Source: Nemertoderma westbladi | Taxonomy: Eukaryota; Animalia; Xenacoelomorpha | Assembly: GCA_032718475.1 (NCBI GenBank) | Contig: JAUCBJ010004385.1 | Span: 1 to 36,811, forward strand | Direction of reading: 5' to 3' | Length of the DNA stretch: 36,811 nt | Shown here: in pieces, positions 24,491-36,080 of the stretch | Layout of the letters: each line of letters starts with the position of its first letter | How positions within the stretch are numbered: the first letter of the stretch is position 1 | Translations under genes and position numbers: made by a program | The notes under the pieces: model-generated | Database searches by the model: none | What the model saw: only the letters and a program-made list of their open reading frames with translations | What the model was told of the DNA's origin: nothing

Positions 24491-27050
24491 CCAACAACAG
24501 TAGTTTACTACTCCGTTCAAGGGGTTATTAGAAATTCATTCTCACTCCACCCAGTAACAATAGCTGAAGTCGGTAAAATATTCCAGAATATAGATGTCAA
24601 GAAAGCAACTGGCCCTGACCTAATCCCCACCCCACTAGAGTTATTAGGGATGGCCTAGACTCGCTAATAAAGCCGTTCACACACATTGTTAACTTACCCA
24701 TAGAAACATCAACATTTCCACAGATCTACAAAACTGCTCGCTTAAACCCCATTTACAAGAAAAAAGGATCCAATCTCGTTGGTGGAAACTTTCGGCCAAT
24801 TTCATTATTACAAATTCTATCAAAGATTCTAGAACGCATCGTATTCAGCCAATGGGTGTACAACTTGGTATCAAACAACATTATGAACCCTCTGCAGTCT
24901 AGTTACCAACAACGATATTCAACAGAGTCATATCTTATGCTATTGGACAACCATATACCCGTGTCTATTGATAATGGACAACTCAAAGGGATGGTGCTAA
25001 TTGACCTGCTTAAAGCATTTGACTGCAAAGATCACCAAACCGTAATCCAAAAGATTGGGGCTATGGGAGCCACTCAGAGTACCTGCAATTGGTTCTCATC
25101 TTATCTGTCTGACAGAGAGAAATATGTCGCCATAATAGGTGAAACGCGATCAAGCTGTATAACTAACGATAATGGGGTTCCCCGGGGTTAAATTCTTGGT
25201 GTCTTGCTTTATATCAGTGATACAAATGACTTTCCCCAAGTTATCGAAGATGAAATACTAGCAGCCAAATTTGCCGACGACACAGGCCTAGCCTACAGCA
25301 ATACATGCTCCGAAAGCATATCTACCTCTCTGAGTAATACCATGGACCATGTCTCCCAATGGTGCACCGAGAACAAACTCTCCATAAACTTCGACAAAAC
25401 AGAATGTATCCTTTTCGGCACACACCAACGACTTTCTACTGCAGTTGGAAGTTTATTGCTGTGGGAAACGCATACCAAACCAGAAATATGTCACCTACCT
25501 GGGAACAGAAATAAATCAACGATTAACTGGTGAGGAAATGGCAACTAAAATATTAAAGAGGCAACACCAGACTGAAGTTTCTTCATTGAAACGCCCAGAT
25601 TCTCGTCCGATCCATTCGCAGAATGCTTTGTAACTCTCTTATTCAGCTTCATCTCGACTACGCAGCGTCTACGTGGTTTTTCACTATTTCAGCCAGACTT
25701 CACCAGCAGCTCGAAGCCCTCCAGCGGAAGTGCATTCGATTCTGCTTGGGCCTCGGACCCAGAGCGCACATCGAGGCTGCCTATTACGTGGACATTAACT
25801 GGCTTCGAGTCGAGGCTGTTATCCTTTCCTGGATGTATAAGGTAAAACACAGTCAAGCACCTCAAAACCTAAACGATCTTATACGCTTCCATGAGCCCAC
25901 CTACTGTCTGCGATCAACCAGTGAACCAGCCTCAGTCCCTCAGAGAAATACGTTATACGGCCAGAATACGTTTAGCTTCCTCGGTCCAAAGTTGTGGAAT
26001 GAACTCCCAGCCACCATCACAGACTCAATCTCTTTAGTTGTTTTTAAACATAACGTTAAGAAATACTACCTAGAAAAATTAACCAACCATTCAATATCGG
26101 CATTCATCTACTAACTAATAATATACCGGTATTTTTCTTTTTACTCAAATCGTATAAAACTTTTAATTAACGAACACACCTTCTTTAAATAAACTCCCAA
26201 TTTAAAGCCCGAGCTTTTAAAAACTCGATGTTAACCCAGACTTTTCAATAAACATTTAATACATCCACTTTTTATACTTAATTAATAATAACTTTATAAA
26301 ATTATTTTATAAAAATTGTATCTATTTTTTTGTTATTTTTACATTAATCTACGGTAGCACACTGTACTTCATATAATTTATATTTGTACTTTTAATTTAG
26401 TCTCAGTCGATAAGTTTACTTACTACCGCCAGAATACACCAATTACTATTAGTTGGGACCCTTATAGAAACGCGGTTTACCGCATAAGGCTATTCCTCCA
26501 TTTTAACAATCAAACTTGGTGCAGCTGTATTTTTTGCCAATATAATATTTATTTATACTTAATAATATATATATTTTAGAGTTAATAATATTTTAATAGT
26601 AACTTTAATAGAGCTATGAAAACTACGAATCTTGAACGGTTGTAAAACTTTTTAATGAACGCAATTGGTGCAACTACTACTACTACTGTACAGTATACAT
26701 TTAATTTGAGCTTGATTTTTCAATAATTTGGTAATAATAATATCTTTCAGCAGTCTTTAATTTTAATATTAAGATTTTCAGAGTCAGTAATTAGTAATTT
26801 AATTTGACTTTATCCCACCGCCACACCACCAGGAACTTATTTACATCTAATGAATGACCTACAGTAGTTATTAATGTATTGTCTGTTGTCTCCAATATAT
26901 GTTTGTATCACCAGGAATTACTTTCTGCGCATGACATTGACATATCATTAACTTACATATTTTAATCAATATTACTGGTACCGTGTAAAATCATGAGTTT
27001 AATTTGTTTTTAATGTAAATTTGGAAAAGAAAATCAATCAATCAATCAAT
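24491..27050 (+). mobile_element. 5'-truncated L2/CR1-group (Crack/Daphne-like) LINE with degenerate ORF2, AT-rich 3' UTR and (AATC)n tail
   Basis: KKATGPDLIP, NFRPISLL..LSKILERIV, IDLLKAFD, GVPRG, FADDT, LDYA...W and FSFLGPKLWNELP motifs. ORF2 ends at 26114; AATC repeats at 27032-27050. The extent of the 3' UTR is inferred. Confidence 0.82.
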
Positions 27051-27059
27051 ACCTTTCAG

Positions 27060-27179
27060 GCGCCGGTTTCACGATTTTTGACATTTTTTGATAAATATGA
27101 AAAACCGGCCCTGTACCGGCTCCAGTTAGGCCGGTTTATTTTTAGAACCAGCCAAAATTCGCGAACCGGTCGATTCCTA
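27060..27179. mobile_element. Possible orphan MITE end
   Basis: Several (A)CCGG motifs ending in ...ACCGGTCGATTCCTA, similar in layout to the TAGG-ended MITE at 32017. No partner end was found. Confidence 0.35.
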
Positions 27180-27232
27180 AACAATACAACCGTACAAAGT
27201 GCAAAGCATGCAAATTAATTTCACCATTTTGA

Positions 27233-27553
27233 TTAGGGAAAGGAGCAGGTTACAGAGGCGGGCTTTTCTAACCAAAACAATAAACAATAACTTTACCAAT
27301 AACCAAAACAATAAACGGCCACTTTACCATTTGGGGAAAGGAGCAGGTTACAGAGGCGGGCTTTTCTAACCAAAACAATAAACGATCACTTTACCAATAC
27401 CCAAAACAATAAACGGCCAATTTACCAATTAGGGGAAAGGAGCAGGTTACAGAGGCGAGTTTTCTAACCAAAACAATAAACAATCACTTTACCAATTGAG
27501 GGTAAGGTACAGGTTACAGAGGCTGGATTTTCTAACCAAAACAATACCTAAAC
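27233..27553 (+). repeat. Short tandem array (4 cores, ~98-bp period) of a dispersed motif
   Basis: Core GGGAAAGGAGCAGGTTACAGAGGCGGGCTTTTCTAACCAAAACAATAAAC; related single copies at ~3436-3488 and ~6268-6312. Confidence 0.85.
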
Positions 27554-27904
27554 GATAACGACAGTCAGTAGAAAAAATTGTTAATTAAAAAAAATTGTCA
27601 AAGGTGATTGTTTCAGTGTTTCATAAAATAAGTAATAATAGTAAATAAGTACATAAGTAGATATATATATATATAGAAGGGTTTCAAGGTAATTGCCCTG
27701 CAGTAGTTACTACAGTACCAGTACTGCTACCAACTGCCAACATAGTCTGTGGTCTGAGACTACATCTAACGGAAGCTGTTGTCAGGTTGTGTTTAGTTTA
27801 TACACCTGTACGTACGTACACCAATACTGGTGAACCGGTCAGCCGGTACAATAAATAACAGCTGCCAGTAGGCCTAATATTGCAGTTGTAAAAAATTCAG
27901 TAAA

Positions 27905-29702
27905 AAATCCATCCATGATGCTGATGACAGCAGGCAATCATCCCAGGCATGGAAATCGATCAACTTGCTTACTGCAGTACTGGGTGGAAAAGCCAACCAA
28001 CCACCAAGGTTAAGGCTGAATCACCAGCCGATCGCCTCAATGGTTGGAAGGCCCACTTTGAAAGGCTCCTCAATAATGACAGGGTATTGCCTGATAACTT
28101 TATAGAAGTAAAAGTGTCTGAGTCTGTACTCCCAGATATTCCCATTGGCGATATCTCCTTTGCAGAAGTGAAGGCTGCTGCAAAGAGCATTAAGACCAAT
28201 CGTGCCAGTGGAGTAGATGGTGTTCCCCCTGAGGTCTTTAAAATACCTGAGTGTTTAAAGCTCATCTATCCCATCATAGTAGACATGTACCGAACAACAA
28301 GAGTCCCACAAGAAATGAAAACAAAAAAAGTTGGTGCCAGTTCCCAAGAAGGGCAACCTAACACTCTATGGTTCTTTTCGGAGAATCTCATTGATCTCGA
28401 TTGCTGCAAAGCTATACAATAGAATTCTATTAAATCGCATCAGGGATCCCATTGAGAGACTGCTCCGTGGAAAACAGAATTTGGCTCCGTAAAGGTCGTG
28501 GGACCATGGAGCCCATTTTGGCACTTAGAAGGATAATTGAAGAGTTATCAAAAAAGAAAGACAGGCATCTGGCTGTTATCTTTGTTGACTTCTTCAAGGC
28601 CTTTGATTCAGTCTCTCGCTCACATATGTTCAGCATACTTTCATTATATGGGATTCCTGATGAAATTATTGCAGCAATCAGATCAGTATACGATGGTTCG
28701 ACAACATTTGTGTCTACTGTTGATGGTGACACAGAACCATTTGAAGTGTTATGGGGCGTCCTCCAGGGAGACAAACTTGCACCATTCTTGTTCATAATTG
28801 TGGTTGACTATGTTCTACGCATGTCCTTAAATCATCATAATGATGGTGGGGTGATGATACCTCCACCTACAGGCTCCAGAAGTCAAGGAAATCCTGCCAA
28901 GTACCTAACTCAGAATCACTAGAGTGAGCCCAACGGCTCCTCAGCTCATTAGAACATGCTGCTTCTAGTGTTGGTCTTTTTATTAACTCCAGAAAGACCA
29001 AAATTTTGACAATTAACTTTTAAAGTTCTCAGCAAGTCTCTGATCGGATGAGCATAAGCTCAAAGGATGGTATGCTTGAGTATGTGGACGACTTCTGTTA
29101 CCTGGGATCATGATTCCGGAAGTCAGGTGAGGACCTTCGAATACGTAAGGGAAAGGCATGGGCAGCCTTGAATAGGCTTTCCAGGATTTGGAAGTCACCG
29201 AGAATTAATCGGAAACTTAAGGTCCGGTTATTTAGAGCAGCAGTAGTTCCAGTACTCCTCTATGGGAGTCCATGCTGGGCTCTAACTGCTGAGGACACCA
29301 AATCTCTGGATGGCACATTCACAAGAATTCTACGCCGGGTTCATTGTGTCAAGTACAATGCACACATCTCCAACCAGACACTATATAACATTGGAGGTGT
29401 TTCATTGGTTCCCCCAAGCTTGACACTAGAACAAAATCGCCTCCGCTTTGCAGGACATTGCTTTCGCCGTGAGGACCAGCCAGTGCATAATCTTGCACTT
29501 TGGCAGCCTCATGGAGTGAATAAGCATGGTGGACAGCCCATCACTTTCTTGAGACGCATCTTAAAGGACACTGGCCTTGAAGATGCGGCTGATCTAGCAA
29601 ATGTTATGGGTGATAGGGAGTTGTGGTGGCGCAATTTTGTCGACAAGCCGGCACAGCATTCTTAAAAATGCAGCTGCAATGCAGCATGCCGATACTAGTA
29701 GT
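27905..29702 (+). mobile_element. RTE-like LINE, longer 5'-truncated degenerate copy of the family at 768-1785
   Basis: WKAHFERLLN, RASGVDGVPPE, FVDFFKAFDSV and GVLQGD motifs. Near-identical to 773-1785 from ~28726 onward. A 34-bp deletion removes FADD. Stop at 29665, then a (TAG)n tail. The 5' boundary is approximate. Confidence 0.9.
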
Positions 29703-30169
29703 AAAGTTCAGTCAATTATTTAATACTCACCACTTGACCACAGAACCAAGGCTGCAAGGCCGCTATTGACAATGTAGTGGCGCATATCTGCATATTTCTG
29801 TCCCGTTGCATTTGCTTACAATTAATTATATTTGTATACAAGCAGACAAGTGTAGTACTAGTATACACGTTTTGCAGTCCGACGAATCTGTACAAAAAAG
29901 TACAATATAGTACAAAGGAGTACAATAAAAGTGCAAAAATAGTACAAAAGAGTGCATAAATAGTACAAACGAGTGAGAAACGCATACAAAACGTGTATAC
30001 CAGTGTAGTATACACTACAGCACTACATGCACTAGCACTACACTTGTGTTGTATACAAATATAATTAATTGTAAGCAAATGCAATGGCGCCGAAATATGC
30101 GCGCTACAGTATCAATAGCGGCCTTGGTTCTGTGGTCAAGGTCAAGTATGAAATGATTGATAGAACTTT
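29703..30169. mobile_element. Fold-back/MITE element with ~120-135-bp inverted arms and a nested small inverted-repeat element
   Basis: 29703-29839 is the reverse complement of ~30049-30169. The inner element GTATACACGTTTTG...CAAAACGTGTATAC (~29861-30000) holds A-rich GTACAAAA repeats. Confidence 0.78.
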
Positions 30170-30679
30170 GATTCATGTAGATTTTGACTGGCATACAGTA
30201 AATGTTAGTAGGCTACTGTTCGTATAATACACTATAATGCAATACGGTCTGATGGTACATACTTTGCAGTGGGTAGATATAAACTCGTATAACTGAGACT
30301 CAAAATTTCGGTCATAGTCTTAAAGCGGAAAGTAACCCATATACTGAAGGATAGACTGTATGCTACGTATAGACTACGTTATGTTATGTAGGCTATGTAT
30401 GTATGGCTTTACCTGTCTATCTAGCAACTTTAGGCCTATCTGTTTATTGAGTTATACTTCTGTCTCCAGTTCTTCTTCTCAATATTGCGTGCTTGGCAGC
30501 TTGGGACCGTTTTTTGTGTTATTCGAACACAAAAAGCTGTATTAAACTCATAAGATTGTATTATTGTCATACTTTCTGACTGCTAGATTTGTGCCCCACT
30601 AAAAGCGTGGCTCGCCCCACAATGCGTTGTTTTATTTGGCACATCATGTGGACCACTCTACACGATTTGAACTACACTT

Positions 30680-30831
30680 TTATATCCGTTTTGCAATGTT
30701 TCTCACTCGTTTGTACTATTTTGTACTATTTTTGCACTCTTTTGTATTATTTTTGCACTTTATTGTACTCTTTTGTACTATATTGTACTATTTTGTATTT
30801 TTTTTGTACTTTTTTGTACAGATTCGTCAGA
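30680..30831 (-). repeat. Second, inverted copy of the A-rich GTACAAAA element
   Basis: TTTCTCACTCGTTTGTACTATTT...TTGTACAGATTCGTC is the reverse complement of ~29880-29995. Confidence 0.8.
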
Positions 30832-32016
30832 CCCAAAATTAAACAAATTTAAGCTTTTTATTTAAAAAAAAATTTTAATTAAAAAAAATATATCAGTTTT
30901 AAAATTCTTCCCAGTTTAGTTATATAAAACATGTTGTACAGGCACAGCATTCCTCTAACAGAGTTAGTGTTTTTTTGTCTCTATATTCGCCGATGCAGAC
31001 TGGGTGTGGGTGCATCCAGTTGGTGCAGCAGCTAAATTGCACCCACAGGCCATCAGAGCGTGTCATTGCATACTATATTATTGAATAGGCTACAATATTA
31101 TAATTCAATATTTGGATTTTGTTGTACTTAGATTACATTTATTCTTGAGCAGTTCAGTGAGTGACTTGAGTAAACATATAATACCACATAACCGCCTAGC
31201 TCTCCATTAAACAAATTATACAAATAAACCTTTCTGAGTTTTAAATATGGGTTTTGTATATGTCATGTTCATCATGTCAGTAATAATAGTTTTATTTCAC
31301 TATTTTACCAGCACCGTCATCATTCCACGTTTCTGGAAATAATTATTTTTAAATTTTGCATTATACTGTATTATATATTTTTAGTAAATTAAATGAAATT
31401 ACTTATTTTTTTTTAATAGATGAACCACTTGTAAAACCATTTACCCAATTGGGGGTGTAAAGATTATTATTATTATATATTTTTTATTTGGTCTACCATC
31501 AGCCGTTTTTATTTTTATTTCTGTTGTATTTTGAAATGTTTATGTATCAAGGTCTATTTTTATACATTTTAAACTTGAATTATAGGCCTATATGTTTAGC
31601 CTATTTGCAGTACAATTCCTATTGTTTATCTTTAGCCTATTTGCAGTACAATTTTAATAGAGTGTAATATAATAATAATTTTAAAATAAAGCCCGGCTTT
31701 TAATTAGACAAAATAGATATCAGTTTTAAAATTCTTCCCAGTTTAGTTCTACAAAACATTTTGGACAGTGCCATTTTTCTAACAGAGTTAATATTTGCTG
31801 ACGCAGGCAGGGTGCATCCAATGATCGAAATATATTTTAAAACAAATTGGTATCACAGGTGTAACATAGATAACTTTATTAGACTGTAATAAAGTTAAAT
31901 GAACAGATTTAAACATATTAATGTACGTATTATAATTAGTTTTGTTGCAACAGTAAGCTTTTTGTAGGCCCATTTTAAGAATTGTATAAGGTTTTTTTTC
32001 TCTCTACTGTATGTAT

Positions 32017-32792
32017 TAGGGCTCGATCGGAGCTCCGGCCTCCGGCTCCGGCTCCGGCCATTTTGGCACCTCCGGCTCCTGCTCCGGCTCCGGTAAAAAT
32101 ATTGCCGGAGTTAATTTTTTAATAAAGTATTATATTTCGTGCATATTCTAATCTGAACAATTATTTACACTATAAGTACTGAAGTAAGTACTGTAGTACA
32201 GCTTCAATATCAAGAATAATACCGGTACTGCAGTATTTACTTAAAGTCAATGACTGACTGACTGTACTGCAGTACTGGTACTGGCCAGCTGGCTGACTAG
32301 CAGACTATTACAGATAGGCCTGTAGGCCCTACTGTAAAAAATTGTAAATGCTATGAATGTACACTGTAGCTGTAGGCCTACCACTGCAGCCATTTACTGC
32401 TGTCATGCCATGCCAGCATACTGTACTGCAGTACTGGTACACGTACGGTAGGCTACCTACAGTACACACCTCTACCACAGTTAGTGAGTTAGGTACTGTA
32501 GGTAATTTTTAGCCGTCAGCATCAGGCCGTCTGTCCGTGATAAATTAATTACTTAAATTTTAAATTGAAAATTCGTAAATCTATAAATTATGATATTAAT
32601 TAGACCTACAGTATGATTGATTATGCTGTTATGAGCGATTGGCGAACGATAACCATACTTTATTTTTTTAAATAAATAATTAAATTTTTAAAATTTTTGA
32701 AAAACTCCGGCTCCTGCTCCGGCTCCGGCCAAATTGTCCAACTCCGGCTCCTGCTCCGGCTCCGGCCAAATCCCAACTCCGATCGAGCCCTA
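32017..32792. mobile_element. 776-bp non-autonomous hAT element (MITE)
   Basis: Perfect 16-bp TIR TAGGGCTCGATCGGAG / CTCCGATCGAGCCCTA. 8-bp TSD GTATGTAT (32009-32016, 32793-32800). Subterminal (CTCCGG)n arrays. Confidence 0.93.
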
Positions 32793-33044
32793 GTATGTAT
32801 ATTGTTTGTTTGTTTAAACTGGTGTCTGAAATAATGGGATTCTCCGTGCAGGCACCAGCCACGCAAATCTAATCCAATTATTTTAAATTCACAATGTAAT
32901 TAAATACTATATTATTAATAATAATAGCTTGTTTCTATCAGTTCATATTATTGTGTTGTGCATGCATTATTATATCATTTAATATCAATATTTGTGTGGG
33001 AATAGTTTAATAAAAAAAAAAAAAAAGTTAAAGTTAAATATAGA

Positions 33045-33113
33045 TAATAATAATGTAATGTATAATTTATATAGCGCCTATTTAAAAATGATACTAATTA
33101 TTCTAGGCGCTGA
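33045..33113 (-). mobile_element. L2-type LINE/SINE 3' end (stem-loop plus tail)
   Basis: Minus strand reads AGCGCCTA-loop-TAGGCGCTATATAAAT...CATTACATTATTATT, the usual layout of L2-group 3' ends. The element body is not identifiable. Confidence 0.55.
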
Positions 33114-33873
33114 AAAGAGATGAAGGTTGACGGGAGGGTGGAGGGAGCCATTAGTGGAAGTGCATTCAAAAGGAGCTACGATTGGATGATTAATTACTGT
33201 CTGGCTGTTTTCCTATTGGCTGTGGCAGATCTGTTAAGGCTGTCTCTATTGTTTTCGGCCTAAGACCTAACTGCCTAATGCTGTAAGCTGTAATGTTCCT
33301 CAACTGGTACATTTTGAATTGCTGGCGCTGGTGTAGCTTTCCACCAAGCCAGCGCGCGCAGCGCAGGATTTTTTGCACTTGGCTGGCTGGCGCCACCGCA
33401 TTCGCCTCTGAAAATAAAACTTTTCCATAGGGCCTAACTGAATAGGGCTGAGGACTGGACTGAACCTGCCTCATGCAGTCATGCAGATATGTGGTGGGGC
33501 TGTGAGCTGTGCTGTCCTGTTACCGGCAAGGCAACCGGCAGACCAATCGGTAAAGTAGCGTTACGTCCAAATCGGTATACAGGTATACCTTAGGTGATTT
33601 CAGATATGGTTTGTGATTTGGATTTGGCATTTGGTGTGATTTGTTGTGATTTGGCTGTTTGGCAGTTTGGTGTGATTTGTTGTGATTTGGGTGTTTAGAC
33701 AGACCCTTCAAAACTAGGCCTATTTTACATTTTTCAGGCATAACAGCATCAGGGGCATCACAATCCAGTTTCACCACATCGTAGTACAGTAGCAGAGTAG
33801 TACCGGTATAAACAGGGTCTGTCAGCTACTGGTACCGTACAGCCGTGTGTGATGTAGGCCTAATGCTGAATAT

Positions 33874-35635
33874 GGTCCTACTAAATACTACAAAAAGCAC
33901 AAAAAAGTCAAGAAAAGCACAAAAAAAAGCACAAAAAAAGTAAAAAAAAGCACAAAAAAAGTAAAAAAAGCACAAAAAAGCAACCTGATAGCTGTTTATT
34001 GAGCTTGTAATAGAACAGATGACTGGATGATAGAAGCAATATCATGTAGTGCAGTAGTGTCTACTGGTCTAGGCTACTGGTAGGATAATCCCATGTACTA
34101 TGTCTGTATGTACAGTATGCTTTCTGGCTTTCATGCATGTATAGCTGCCAGTGAGTGAGTACCAGCATGATCACTTACATGCGTACCACGGGTCAGTAGG
34201 CTAATGTAAAGATGATTCAATTCAAATATCAGGATAGAACTTATAAACGTACTGTTATTGTCACATTACTGCATTATGTCAACTTATCAGCGTTCTGGTT
34301 AATTACTTGTAACACTGCTATAAGTTTATTCAGTTATGTTCAGTTATTTCCAATTCCCACTATCAGATTATTGCTATCATTTTATTATAAATAAACTCAA
34401 ACTCTGATTGCGGTGGTCCGTCCCACTACGGCTACCACATGGGTACCAATTCTGATACGAAAGCCAAGTAAACAAAGCCAGGGGAGATGTAGGATGCAGC
34501 GTAGGCCGGTCAGCCGGTAGGCGCTTGTGAACTGGATATGTCAGTGTTGACCGAAATTGCGATTATTGGGATGCCTTTATTCACCGATAAATCAGTAAAT
34601 CGACACACTGTCCAATTATCACATCACAGTCTTCCCAAACCTCTCAAGTGGGCGATCGATAACCAGAGGATCGAGGTCACTATTGATTGTGATCGGGAAT
34701 GCCTCCTCCATCATGGCTACAGCTGGTTCATCGTCCAGGGGACTGTTCAACGACGTACTGGACTAAATCTATCCCGATTTAAATTTTCGTAGCATTTCGG
34801 TATCCTTCTGTCCTTCGATATGTGTTCGCTCCCAAATGCATGGGTCTGTGCATATTTCATTGTTCTTCAAATATTTTATTAATTATAAAACTAATTATTT
34901 CTATTATCCAATTCAAGTAGGTTTATTTCCATATGTTTCCATATCATGTTTATAATTGTATTATTTGAGTCAATTTTTTCTGGAGGAGTATTTAATTAAG
35001 ACATTTATCTTTTTTTGCCTCACTACATAAATCCAACCTCCAGGGCGGGGGGGGGGGGGGGGTGGCATATATATCACATTCACAATCACAATAGGAGGCT
35101 ATTAAGTTTCATCAACCTGACTTCCAACAAAATCCACTTAATACACCTCACCTAAATTCCACCTAACTTCCAGCCACTCCACCTGACAGCCTGAACATTT
35201 TTTTGTAGGAAATAGGGTTCCACCTTCTGACCTTGTTTCCACATGATTGTCTGCCGTCTGGCCGTAGCCAACAATGGGAGCACTCGGATTATTTTACTAT
35301 TGACTCGGATTCAGGTGGAAAAACAGTACTGTGGTGGAGAGTGCGACTGTATACAGTATATATAATATTATATACAGTTTATATCACATATAGGCTTATT
35401 TTATTTATTTATTTATATACAGTATTTTATATGTCCGAATGAGCACCAATGTGTATCTTGAAAGATAACATGTTGAGGTGGGGGGGGGGGGGGGGGGGGG
35501 TGCCTTTCTTGTTCTGTGCTTTTATATTTTTTTGTGCTTTTTTTTACCTTTTTTTGTGCTTTTTTTTTACCTTTTTTGTGCTTTTTTTGTGCTTTTCTTG
35601 ACCTTTTTGTGCTTTTTGTAGTATTTAGTAGGACC
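33874..35635. repeat. Inverted pair of ~110-bp A-rich repeats (possible transposon ends)
   Basis: GGTCCTACTAAATACTACAAAAAGCAC(AAAAAAAGCAC)n at 33874-33981 and its reverse complement at ~35515-35635. Confidence 0.7.
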
Positions 35636-35779
35636 CCGCTAATCAAGAAACATGAGCTGATTGTATTTTTTGTATAATGTATACAGCAGTACAGTACTGC
35701 AGTAAGTCAGTAAGTGTACCATTTCCGAATTACCGATAGGCCTACTGGATTAGGAGGGCAGCTGGGCAGAGGGTGTGTG

Positions 35780-36080
35780 TCTTGATAAGTGATGCCATGA
35801 TAAGTGAGAGCAGATTTAATCTTCATTCCGTCTATAATTATGCAACATAAACGTTGTCTCTCGTCGATATTTCCAATTATAGATGCAATCAACGTATCAT
35901 TGTCAAAGTGGCTGATAGCAGAAGTTAATGACATCAATCTGTCAATGTTCGAGCACTTGGTAGTTGATAATCGGTTCGCAGCTTCTGATAAGTTGATCGT
36001 GACATTGCAAAGTAAACAAATGATCGTACAACGTACAATCATCTCCATCGAATAAAGACGAGATGTCGACGCCCGTTGAA
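35780..36080 (-). pseudogene. P-element/THAP9-like transposase remnant
   Basis: R.YS.EMI...C...L followed by IDERQRLCCIIIDGMKIKSALTYHG, resembling the C.L..DEM.IK..L.Y motif around the first catalytic Asp. The rest of the protein is absent. Confidence 0.6.

Noticed and set aside
29716-35646. Short low-complexity ORFs (Lys-, Phe/Tyr- and Gly/Ala-rich)
   Set aside because: They are translations of A/T-tract repeats and (CTCCGG)n MITE arms.
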